64,000 bases of DNA from Bacteroidales bacterium (lineage in GTDB: Bacteria > Bacillota > Clostridia > Lachnospirales > Lachnospiraceae): positions 9,060-73,059 of the forward strand of contig JAMPFJ010000010.1 in NCBI GenBank assembly GCA_023664535.1, given 5' to 3'. Below the pieces are notes generated by a model. That model saw only the letters and a list, made by a program, of their open reading frames with translations. It did no database searches and was not told the DNA's origin. Of this stretch, positions 31,338 through 39,523 are shown piece by piece; positions within the stretch are counted from its first letter, which is position 1; each line of letters opens with the position of its first letter. A program made the translations under genes and the position numbers.

Positions 31338-31877
31338 TTACCTGTCTCCTGTTGTATTTGCATATTGCAATAATAAATTATCAATACTTTCAAATTCAAT
31401 GCAGACAATATCACAAATTGACACCGTAATATCTTCTCGTAATTGCGCATTAGACACATCAAGGCAGGAAAAATCTATCTTACCCGATTCTATTTTTTTA
31501 ACATAACCTGCCTCAAGTTCCTCTTCCTCCATAATTTCAATAGTAATGACTATGTTATTTCTTTTCGCATATTCTAATACTTGTAAAATCAATGATTTTT
31601 CTGTATCCAATGCAGGCCTTTTCAAACAAAACCAGGCTGAATATGGATGTGTTTCTCCATATTCAATATATTTACTAATCTTATGAAGGTATTCCGTATC
31701 ATACTCTAATTGGGAAATTATATTTTTTTTCATCAGATAATAACCGGTTATCTTCCCTTGCGGATCAATATCTTCAAATACAACATCGTCTTTGTTCTGG
31801 CAAAAGACCCTGCCAACGCTGAAACTATTTGTATTCTTTGTATAAATCTCGACAATACCGGATTCGTTTACCATCAT
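31338..31877 (-). CDS. hypothetical cytoplasmic acidic protein (second gene of an AT-rich two-gene cassette)
   Basis: 179-aa ORF starting 9 nt after the stop of 31887-32357. AT-rich codon usage unlike the flanking genes. No motif recognised. Confidence 0.55.
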   Translation of the reverse strand: MMVNESGIVEIYTKNTNSFSVGRVFCQNKDDVVFEDIDPQGKITGYYLMKKNIISQLEYDTEYLHKISKYIEYGETHPYSAWFCLKRPALDTEKSLILQVLEYAKRNNIVITIEIMEEEELEAGYVKKIESGKIDFSCLDVSNAQLREDITVSICDIVCIEFESIDNLLLQYANTTGDR

Positions 31878-31886
31878 AGCAGATAC

Positions 31887-32357
31887 CTACTTTCTTTTTT
31901 GCCAGTCTTTTTTTTGCTTTTTCTTTTCCGTTTCACGCCCCGGACGAGGCTTTGTATGTTTGTCATGCGTACTTGGTCTTTTATTTTTAGTATGTTCTGC
32001 AAAGTATATAGTAATTTTATTATATAGCCAACTTCCAACACATATTACAATGCCTGAAACTATTACTACACCTGCTACAGTAATTAAAACCTGTCCCACT
32101 CCCGGTATAAAATATAATCCTGCTGCCATTCCTCCTCTATTCCTAACAGAGGTCTTGTTAATGTAAATTATACTCGCCTTATTAAGAGCTCGGTCAAATT
32201 CTACTTGATTAAAACTTTTTCCATTAACCGTAATGCTATTTTTCTTTGCAAAGGCAGATTTATCAACATTCTCTTTAGCATAAACTGTACTACCTGCATT
32301 AGTAATAACGATACTAAGAATTAGTATTATGCTCAATATTTTGTAAATATTCCTCAT
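31887..32357 (-). CDS. hypothetical exported/membrane protein with a lysine/arginine-rich C-terminal tail
   Basis: Signal-like N-terminus MRNIYKILSIILILSIVITNAGSTVYA. Long hydrophobic segment GLYFIPGVGQVLITVAGVVIVSGIVICVGSWLY. Tail HTKNKRPSTHDKHTKPRPGRETEKKKQKKDWQKRK. Confidence 0.55.
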   Translation of the reverse strand: MRNIYKILSIILILSIVITNAGSTVYAKENVDKSAFAKKNSITVNGKSFNQVEFDRALNKASIIYINKTSVRNRGGMAAGLYFIPGVGQVLITVAGVVIVSGIVICVGSWLYNKITIYFAEHTKNKRPSTHDKHTKPRPGRETEKKKQKKDWQKRK

Positions 32358-32590
32358 TTAAAATACTTCCTTTCCGTGTGTAAAAAATAATTGTTCCCAT
32401 GTGCCTGATTTAAGACAACGCATAAAATAGTTATTATGCTAATCATTGACATTGCAACCTTACATGTAAGCTATAGCGATATTACAACCTAACTATATAG
32501 GTTGTCAATCATTAATAATATACAAAAAAATTTATTTATCTTGTCTAATCTCTTCTTATGCTTTCCTTTTGAATATATTCTATCAATCGT

Positions 32591-33922
32591 TTAGCGGTTA
32601 TAATTTGACCACCGCCAATAATAACCTACACCCACCGCATCAGCCAAGAACCAGCCAATGGGAATCGCTGCCCAGATTCCCGTAACGCCAACAGCAGGTA
32701 TTCCGGAAAGAATATATGCCAGCGCCACTCTGGTTCCCAAAGAACAGACAGTAAGAACCACCGACATTCCCGGTTTTTCCACTGCACGGTAATATCCGTA
32801 AAGCATAAACAGCAGTCCGATGCCGAAATAAAATGCCGCTTCAATCCGAAGATATCCTACTCCCGTCCGAATCACTTCTGTATTTTCCGAATCAATAAAG
32901 ATGCCCATCAGCGGTTTTGCCAGCATACAGACCAAAAAGCTGGTTATTGAACAAAACAGTGCCACACAAACCACACTGCTTCTGATTCCCTTTTTAATCC
33001 GCTCCTTTTTTCCTGCTCCATGATTCTGCGCCACAAAGGTAGAAAATGCATTGCCAAAATCCTGAACCGGCATATACGCAATGGTATCTATTTTTACCGC
33101 AGCAGCGAATGCCGCCATCACCACCGTACCAAAACTGTTTACCAGTCCCTGTATCATCAAAATCCCGAAATTCATTACCGACTGCTGAATACAGGTCAGG
33201 AAAGAAAAACCAAAGATATCCCTGAGTATACTGCTTTCCCAGTGCATATGCTCCTTTTGCACCCGAAGTACGGGAAAACAACAATAGTAATAAAGCGTAA
33301 TTCCAATTCCCGATACATATTGGGAGATAACCGTTGCCGCCGCTGCCCCCTGAACACCCCATCCGCAGACCATCACAAAAAGAATGTCCAATACGATATT
33401 CAGCCCCACCGATATCCCTAAAAATATCAGCGGGGCGACGGAATTGCCAACTGCCCGTAGAAGATTAGCAAAATAGTTATAAAGAAAAACCGCAAAAATA
33501 CCGGCGAAAATCCATATCAGATATTCTCGCATCATTCCCTGCAGCCGAACCGGAACCTGTAAAACCCGAATAATCCAATTCATCGCCGCAAAGACAAAAA
33601 CATTCAACCCAACGGTCAAAATCCCAATCATGGAAAAGGATAAAAAAATTCCTTTTTTCAGCCGTTCATCATCTTTTCTTCCAAACTGGATGGCAAAATA
33701 AGCACTGCTTCCCATGCAAAGCCCTAAAAGAACAGAAGTTAAAAAAGTCATCAGGGTGTAGGAAGAGCCCACTGCCGCCAGGGCGTCTTCCCCAAGAACC
33801 CTTCCCACAATCATTGTATCTATCACATTATAAAATTGCTGTAACACATTTCCCAGCATAAGAGGAAATGCAAATTTTAACAATTTAATTGTAATATTCC
33901 CTGTTGTCAAATCGCCGCTCAT
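32591..33922 (-). CDS. MATE family efflux transporter
   Basis: 443 aa with 12 TM segments. The N-terminal LLKFAFPLMLGNVLQQFYNVIDTMIVGR segment is typical of MATE/NorM proteins. Confidence 0.88.
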   Translation of the reverse strand: MSGDLTTGNITIKLLKFAFPLMLGNVLQQFYNVIDTMIVGRVLGEDALAAVGSSYTLMTFLTSVLLGLCMGSSAYFAIQFGRKDDERLKKGIFLSFSMIGILTVGLNVFVFAAMNWIIRVLQVPVRLQGMMREYLIWIFAGIFAVFLYNYFANLLRAVGNSVAPLIFLGISVGLNIVLDILFVMVCGWGVQGAAAATVISQYVSGIGITLYYYCCFPVLRVQKEHMHWESSILRDIFGFSFLTCIQQSVMNFGILMIQGLVNSFGTVVMAAFAAAVKIDTIAYMPVQDFGNAFSTFVAQNHGAGKKERIKKGIRSSVVCVALFCSITSFLVCMLAKPLMGIFIDSENTEVIRTGVGYLRIEAAFYFGIGLLFMLYGYYRAVEKPGMSVVLTVCSLGTRVALAYILSGIPAVGVTGIWAAIPIGWFLADAVGVGYYWRWSNYNR

Positions 33923-33956
33923 TTTTGTCTCCCAGTCTGTACTGTACTTAACCTGC

Positions 33957-36365
33957 TCATCCTAATCCGAATATTAATCCCGCCAATCGCACTATAAATG
34001 CCATAATCCACGCAATTACACACTGCTCTATCACTATTCCGGCAGCCCATTTTCCGCCCAGCTCCCGCTTTATGGAGGAGACTGCCGCTACACATGGCGT
34101 ATACAACAGGCAGAAAACCAAAAGCGCCGCAGCGGCTAACGGAGTAAGCGCCGCCACAAGATTTTCCGTACTTCCAAACAAAACAGACAATGTCGACACT
34201 ACACTTTCCTTTGCCATAAAGCCGGCAATCAGTGAAGTGGAGATTCTCCAATCCCCAAACCCTAACGGCGTAAATACCGGTGAAAGCATTCCTGCAATCA
34301 CCGCCAGTATGCTGTCCCTGGAATCCGCCACCATATTCAGATGCAAATCAAAGGTCTGTAAAAACCAGATAACAATGGTTGCCACAAAAATAACCGTAAA
34401 TGCCCGCTGTAAAAAATCCCTGGCTTTATCCCACAAAAGCTGCGCTACATTTTTTGCTCCCGGCAGACGGTAATTGGGAAGCTCCATAACAAAGGGTACA
34501 GCCTCTCCCTTAAACATGATGCTTCTGGACAACAACGCCACAAGAACGGCAACCACAATCCCGGTAAAATACAAGCCAACCATAATCAGACCACTGTATT
34601 TCGGAAAAAACGCTGCCGTGAAAAATCCATAAATCGGAAGCTTTGCCGTACAGCTCATAAAAGGCGTCAAAATAATTGTCATTTTCCTGTCCCGCTCCGA
34701 CGGCAGGGTGCGGCTTGCCATCACCCCCGGCACCGTACACCCGAAACCAATCAGCATGGGCACAATACTCCGCCCGGACAAACCGATTTTACGGAGCAGC
34801 TTATCCATAACAAAGGCGACCCTTGCCATATAACCGCTATCCTCCAACAGGGAAAGGAAAAAGAACAGCGTAACGATAATCGGCAGAAAACTCAGCACAC
34901 TTCCCACGCCGTTAAAAATTCCGTCAATAACCAGTGAACGCAGCACCTCATTGACATGCCATGCCGCCAGCGCACGGTCAGCTGCTCCCGCCAGCCAGTC
35001 TATTCCACCCTCCAGCAGTTCCTGCAGCCATGCCCCAACCACATTAAAGGTCAGATAAAATACCATCGCCATAATACCGATAAATGCGGGGATTGCCGTG
35101 AATTTTCCGGTTAATATCCTGTCAATTTTCCGACTTCTCTCATGCTCCCTGCTTTCCTTCGGTTTAACCACTGTTTCCTCCACCAGTTTTTTAATAAAGA
35201 CAAACCGCATATCTGCAATGGCGGCGGCGCGGTCGAGCCCTCGCTCCTCCTCCATCTGGCAGATGATATGCTCCAGCATCTCCTGCTCGTTCTGGCTTAA
35301 ATTTAATGCCTCTAATACAATTCGGTCTCCCTCTACCAGCTTACCGGCAGCAAACCGCACCGGGATTCCCGCTGCCGCTGCGTGGTCTTCTATCAAATGA
35401 ATAATGCCATGCAGGCAGCGATGTACTGCTCCTCCATGGTCATCCTTATCACAAAAATCTATTCTTCCCGGTCTCTCCTGATACTGTGCAACATGAAGAG
35501 CATGGCTGACCAGCTCATCAATCCCCTCATTTTTTGCAGCAGAAACAGGCACCACCGGAATACCCAGCATTGCCTCTAATTCGTTAATATACACGGAGCC
35601 GCCATTTCCCCGGACCTCATCCATCATATTCAGCGCAAGGACCATGGGCACATTCAGCTCCATCAGCTGCATGGTGAGATAAAGGTTCCGTTCAATATTG
35701 GTTGCATCCACAATATTGATAATCCCTGTGGGTTTCTCCTTGATAATGAACTCCCTGGTTACAATCTCCTCACTGCTGTAGGGAGACATGGAATAAATCC
35801 CCGGCAAATCCGTCACCAGCGTATTGGGATGATTCCGGATAGCGCCGCTTTTTTGGTCTACCGTCACCCCCGGAAAATTACCTACATGCTGGTTTGCGCC
35901 GGTCAACTGATTAAACAGCGTCGTTTTTCCACAGTTCTGGTTGCCTGCCAGTGCAAAGGTAAGCGTAGTCCCTTTCGGCAGAGGATGTTCGTCCGCTTTT
36001 ACATGATACTTTCCACCCTCACCAAGTCCTGGGTGCTCCTTCGGCGCCTTGCGTTTATCCGTTTCCTTTTTCCGCCCTGCCTTTTTATCGCTGCGCTCAC
36101 CGTCCTGTCCGGAAGCCGGTTCCGGCTCCTCTTTTTGTTTCTTTACCGGCTCTATTTCAATTCGTTCCGCATCCGCCAGCCGTAACGTCAGCTCATATCC
36201 ATGCACACGCAATTCCATCGGGTCCCCCATTGGTGCATATTTTACCAGGGTTACCTCTACACCGGGAATTACTCCCATGTCCAGAAAATGCTGCCGCAGC
36301 GAACCGGCTCCTCCCACAGCAATCACTACCGCAGTATTTCCCAATTCCAGCTCCTTTAGTGTCAT
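33957..36365 (-). CDS. feoB: ferrous iron transporter, FeoA-FeoB fusion
   Basis: N-terminal FeoA SH3-like domain (LGNTAVVIAVGG...GVIPGVEVTLV), a K/E-rich linker, the FeoB G-domain (GNQNCGKTTLFN, DLPG) and the polytopic membrane domain. Confidence 0.92.
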   Translation of the reverse strand: MTLKELELGNTAVVIAVGGAGSLRQHFLDMGVIPGVEVTLVKYAPMGDPMELRVHGYELTLRLADAERIEIEPVKKQKEEPEPASGQDGERSDKKAGRKKETDKRKAPKEHPGLGEGGKYHVKADEHPLPKGTTLTFALAGNQNCGKTTLFNQLTGANQHVGNFPGVTVDQKSGAIRNHPNTLVTDLPGIYSMSPYSSEEIVTREFIIKEKPTGIINIVDATNIERNLYLTMQLMELNVPMVLALNMMDEVRGNGGSVYINELEAMLGIPVVPVSAAKNEGIDELVSHALHVAQYQERPGRIDFCDKDDHGGAVHRCLHGIIHLIEDHAAAAGIPVRFAAGKLVEGDRIVLEALNLSQNEQEMLEHIICQMEEERGLDRAAAIADMRFVFIKKLVEETVVKPKESREHERSRKIDRILTGKFTAIPAFIGIMAMVFYLTFNVVGAWLQELLEGGIDWLAGAADRALAAWHVNEVLRSLVIDGIFNGVGSVLSFLPIIVTLFFFLSLLEDSGYMARVAFVMDKLLRKIGLSGRSIVPMLIGFGCTVPGVMASRTLPSERDRKMTIILTPFMSCTAKLPIYGFFTAAFFPKYSGLIMVGLYFTGIVVAVLVALLSRSIMFKGEAVPFVMELPNYRLPGAKNVAQLLWDKARDFLQRAFTVIFVATIVIWFLQTFDLHLNMVADSRDSILAVIAGMLSPVFTPLGFGDWRISTSLIAGFMAKESVVSTLSVLFGSTENLVAALTPLAAAALLVFCLLYTPCVAAVSSIKRELGGKWAAGIVIEQCVIAWIMAFIVRLAGLIFGLG

Positions 36366-36491
36366 TTTTCCTACAGTCCTCTCCGTTTATCTTCCGCTTA
36401 TGCTGTTTTTGCCAAATCTGCATAATACTTATCCATCGTTTATCAATAAAATAATAGCACATCGGAAGACAAAAAACCATAGTTTAGAGAA

Positions 36492-37667
36492 CTAACATCC
36501 GGCAATTTCCAAAATCCGGTCAGCTGCCGCTTTTGCGCCACCACACCGGTAAAAGCTTTCGGCAATCTGCTTTGCCGCATTCCGGTAGGCAGGATTTTCC
36601 GTCACCTGGTCAACAGCCTCCCTGATTGCCTCTGTACTGTTTTTTTTCAAATATATTCCGGCACCCAGTTCATTGACCCGGTAAGCAACTCCACCCTGCT
36701 CTCTCGTCTGGGGAAACAGAATTAGCGGCACTTGATAATAAAGCGCTTCATTAACACTATTCATCCCACAGTGGGTAATAAATGCATCCGCCTGCTGTAA
36801 AACCTCAATCTGGTTTACTCTCCTCTCCACCTGTATGTTTTCCGGAATCAATCCTAATTCATTTAAATCAATTATTTCTCCAACAGACATCACAACGGAC
36901 ATTTCACTGTTCCCCAATGCCTGAATACAGTTTTTAAAGAAAGTAATATCCTGGTTGTTAACTGTACCAAGTGAAATATAGATTGTTTTGCGCCCGGATT
37001 TTTTTACCCTGCCCTCGGACTGCCGTATGGACGGTCCCACAAATACATATTTATCGGAAAAGGTTTCCGCACAGGGTTGAAATTCCGGCGAAGTATAGAC
37101 AATAGTATTGGTATCATTATCATTTTGAACAATAGACAGCACCCCATCCACCGGATACCCTTTATCCTGAAGCCTTTTAATACTCTTTTTCGCTTTTCCC
37201 ATGGAAAACAGCATACTGAACATCTGCCCAAATCCCTGTTTCATAATTCTTGCGGAATACTGGTTAAATGCAAATGTCGTTGTTGACGAAACAAAAGGAA
37301 CTTCCAGCTTTAATGCAGTCAGTTTTCCCCATGTGGCAACAGAATCCCCAACAATACAATCCGGTTTCCATACTTTCATATCCTCCATAATGGCTTCGTC
37401 CAGCGCCAGTGTAGTATTTACCAGAATTTCTATAGAGAAAGCAATATCTTTTCCTACCCGGTCCGCATCTTTCGGCTCTAGCTTCATCTGAATATCATAC
37501 TTGTCACAGGAAATGTACTCCGCGCCGGCTGCCTCAATCTTTTCTTTCATAACATCATAAGAATAATACCGAACCTGATGTCCCCTGTTGACGAGTTCCT
37601 TCACCACTTCCAATGTGGGGTTTGTATGCCCCTGTGCCGGAATATTAAAAAAAGCTATTTTACTCAT
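36492..37667 (-). CDS. macrolide-type (MGT family) UDP-glycosyltransferase
   Basis: GT1 C-terminal donor-binding signature THCGMNSVNEALYYQVPLILFPQTREQ. 391 aa. Confidence 0.8.
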   Translation of the reverse strand: MSKIAFFNIPAQGHTNPTLEVVKELVNRGHQVRYYSYDVMKEKIEAAGAEYISCDKYDIQMKLEPKDADRVGKDIAFSIEILVNTTLALDEAIMEDMKVWKPDCIVGDSVATWGKLTALKLEVPFVSSTTTFAFNQYSARIMKQGFGQMFSMLFSMGKAKKSIKRLQDKGYPVDGVLSIVQNDNDTNTIVYTSPEFQPCAETFSDKYVFVGPSIRQSEGRVKKSGRKTIYISLGTVNNQDITFFKNCIQALGNSEMSVVMSVGEIIDLNELGLIPENIQVERRVNQIEVLQQADAFITHCGMNSVNEALYYQVPLILFPQTREQGGVAYRVNELGAGIYLKKNSTEAIREAVDQVTENPAYRNAAKQIAESFYRCGGAKAAADRILEIAGC

Positions 37668-37685
37668 TACAAATCCTCTCCCTCG

Positions 37686-38087
37686 TTAAACATTTGGCAG
37701 CATATCCTTAAGCTCATCCACTTTCATGACTGCCATCCCGCCCTGCTTCACATCTCCAAGAACCAGCAGCTGGTCTCCAGCCTGAATATCAAATACCTTC
37801 CTTGCCTTTTGTGGAATGACAATCTGTCCCCGCTCACCTACCTTGACCATGCCGAAGATGTATTTTCCTGTCCGCTTTTCACTAATCTCCTCCCCCTCGC
37901 CCAATGCAATATCATCCAAAGACACCTCATACAACTCCGCCAAATCCTTACATTTCAAAATATCCGGCACCGTTTCGTCTGCCTCCCAGTTTGCCAGAGT
38001 CTGGCGGCTTACCGAAATCTGCTCTGCCACATATTCCAGAGACATTTTCCTTTGTTTCCGCATTTCTTTCAGTTTCATACCAATCAT
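37686..38087 (-). CDS. HTH (XRE-type) + AbrB/SpoVT-like domain fusion regulator
   Basis: N-terminal LKEMRKQRKMSLEYVAEQISVSRQTLANWE HTH. C-terminal KVGERGQIVIPQKARKVFDIQAGDQLLVL looped-hinge-helix motif. The ATG at 38087 follows an AGGTG RBS. Confidence 0.75.
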   Translation of the reverse strand: MIGMKLKEMRKQRKMSLEYVAEQISVSRQTLANWEADETVPDILKCKDLAELYEVSLDDIALGEGEEISEKRTGKYIFGMVKVGERGQIVIPQKARKVFDIQAGDQLLVLGDVKQGGMAVMKVDELKDMLPNV

Positions 38088-38219
38088 ACTATTCACACCT
38101 TTCATGTTTTTCATTATAAATTGCTTTTTCGTGCAAAACAATAAAGGAATCCTAACATTTTCTGTTAAAATTCCTTTACCGATAAAAACATAGGCAAAAT
38201 GATTTGGTATATCGTTTGA

Positions 38220-38402
38220 TTATAACCAGTTTATACTGTTCTCAAATATTATTTTTGCCCTGCCTTTTTCCATTTTCCCAATTTCATAGCAGGCATACCA
38301 TTTCTTCACATGCTCCATAACTTTTTCTTTATCCTTTTGGGCAGCCACAAGAATAAATCCTACCCCGCAGTTAAAGGTACGCAGCATTCCGTGAATAAGC
38401 TC
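38220..38402 (-). pseudogene. purM: 3'-terminal relic of purM (AIR synthase); only the last 60 codons are present
   Basis: The minus-strand translation ELIHGMLRTFNCGVGFILVAAQKDKEKVMEHVKKWYACYEIGKMEKGRAKIIFENSINWL* matches the conserved PurM C-terminus (E. coli EMYRTFNCGVGM...). An in-frame stop lies immediately upstream at 38403-38405. A terminator-like hairpin (aaaggaat/attccttt) follows. Confidence 0.75.
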
Positions 38403-38405
38403 TTA

Positions 38406-39248
38406 CTACCGCTCCTTTATTACAATTTCAATCTTGTCCTCTGAATACTTCCATATAGCTTTACAGGGATTATACGAACCATCCTCTGCAATTAACCCAG
38501 AATCTTTATATAAATCTGTCACACCTGCAAGATAAGCCCTGTTCTTGGCAATAGTTAAATCTTTTGGTCCCAGACCATTGAATAGAACCTTAACTTTTTG
38601 CACATCCTCTGACAACAAATTAGTAATTGCTTTCGGTAATCTTAAAATCCTTGCCCGTATATCATTGGCTGATATTTGTTTATCCACTATCAGTTTTACA
38701 TTTACATCTGCGCTGGAATGATTATCTTCTTGATGTAAATCGTCTGATGAATCTTTTAATGCATCCATCGCATTTTTGCTAAATACCGGCGTAAATACAA
38801 AACCAATCTCATTATCTATGCAGTTCTCAACCAATGCTTTACCATCAATTAATATAATAGGGCGCGATGAATCTGCATCTACAAACTCCTGTGTTTTCTT
38901 TGAATATCCTGCTGTAGTAATAAAAATCCCCTTACTGCCAGACGGCATTACCCCACGCAAAGCCCGCACTTTTTCGATAGGAATTGATGTCCCGGGTTTG
39001 TTTCTTTTAGCCTGAACATAATATTCTACAGAATCCGCACCAGCCAAACCTCCAACACCATAGCGAATGGCTTCTAAATCAATGCCACCATCTGATGAAC
39101 GTTGTGTTACAACCACCTCATCAAGCCCTATCGTTTCAAGGTATATTTTCAGAAATTCTTCAAAAGCATACCCGCTTTCAAAATATCCATAAAATTGTTC
39201 TAAAAACTCTTTTATCTTCTCTTCTGAGATTTCAATATTCTTTCGCAT
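38406..39248 (-). CDS. solitary Mrr-type (PD-(D/E)xK) restriction endonuclease-like protein with an extra C-terminal domain
   Basis: The N-terminal half carries the Mrr_cat pattern SSDGGIDLEAI...EYYVQAKRNK. The C-terminal roughly 110 aa (ISANDIRARILRLPKAI...VKVLFNG...YLAGVTDLY) resembles a B3/AbrB-like pseudobarrel. No methyltransferase gene is nearby. Confidence 0.75.
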   Translation of the reverse strand: MRKNIEISEEKIKEFLEQFYGYFESGYAFEEFLKIYLETIGLDEVVVTQRSSDGGIDLEAIRYGVGGLAGADSVEYYVQAKRNKPGTSIPIEKVRALRGVMPSGSKGIFITTAGYSKKTQEFVDADSSRPIILIDGKALVENCIDNEIGFVFTPVFSKNAMDALKDSSDDLHQEDNHSSADVNVKLIVDKQISANDIRARILRLPKAITNLLSEDVQKVKVLFNGLGPKDLTIAKNRAYLAGVTDLYKDSGLIAEDGSYNPCKAIWKYSEDKIEIVIKER

Positions 39249-39289
39249 CTACCGTTACCTTCTCCAAAAAAATTTGAACACATTGAACC

Positions 39290-39318
39290 TTTACAAATCC
39301 ACCTGATAGTGTTATAGT
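39290..39318 (+). promoter_or_regulatory. sigma-A-type promoter with extended -10, facing the small toxin gene
   Basis: TTTACA (39290-39295), a 17-nt spacer, then TGtTATAGT (-10 at 39313-39318). Confidence 0.5.
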
Positions 39319-39324
39319 ATTCGT

Positions 39325-39411
39325 AAAAGGAACAACCGCCCACAAGGGGTTGAACCAAAGTATAGGTTAGCAATGCCACCCTTTACCGGTCAAAGTATCA
39401 GGGTGGTTTTG
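39325..39411 (+). ncRNA. candidate antisense sRNA (putative type I antitoxin), about 85 nt
   Basis: It runs from the promoter above to the intrinsic terminator gccaccct...agggtgg+TTTT (39375-39411). An internal hairpin caacc..ggttg is present. It is convergent with the 33-aa peptide gene and would overlap that gene's 3' UTR. Confidence 0.4.
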
Positions 39412-39421
39412 CTATGTAAGG

Positions 39422-39523
39422 CTACTTACAAAACGTAAATACGAATGTAAGCAATGCCAACAGGAATAACCCGAAGGTCATTAAATCCTTAAAATCAAAA
39501 TTATAATCATCTTGATTCTTCAT
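39422..39523 (-). CDS. 33-aa hydrophobic peptide, holin-like (Hol-Tox-like) type I toxin candidate
   Basis: ATG at 39523 with GGGGGTGA 5 nt upstream. Product MKNQDDYNFDFKDLMTFGLFLLALLTFVFTFCK has one TM helix and a basic end. It was too short to appear in the ORF track. Confidence 0.5.
   Translation of the reverse strand: MKNQDDYNFDFKDLMTFGLFLLALLTFVFTFCK

Noticed and set aside
36366-36491. Possible Fur box upstream of feoAB (tgataaacgatggataag).
   Set aside because: It matches only parts of the 7-1-7 TGATAATnATTATCA consensus. That is too weak to call as a feature without a genome-specific motif model.
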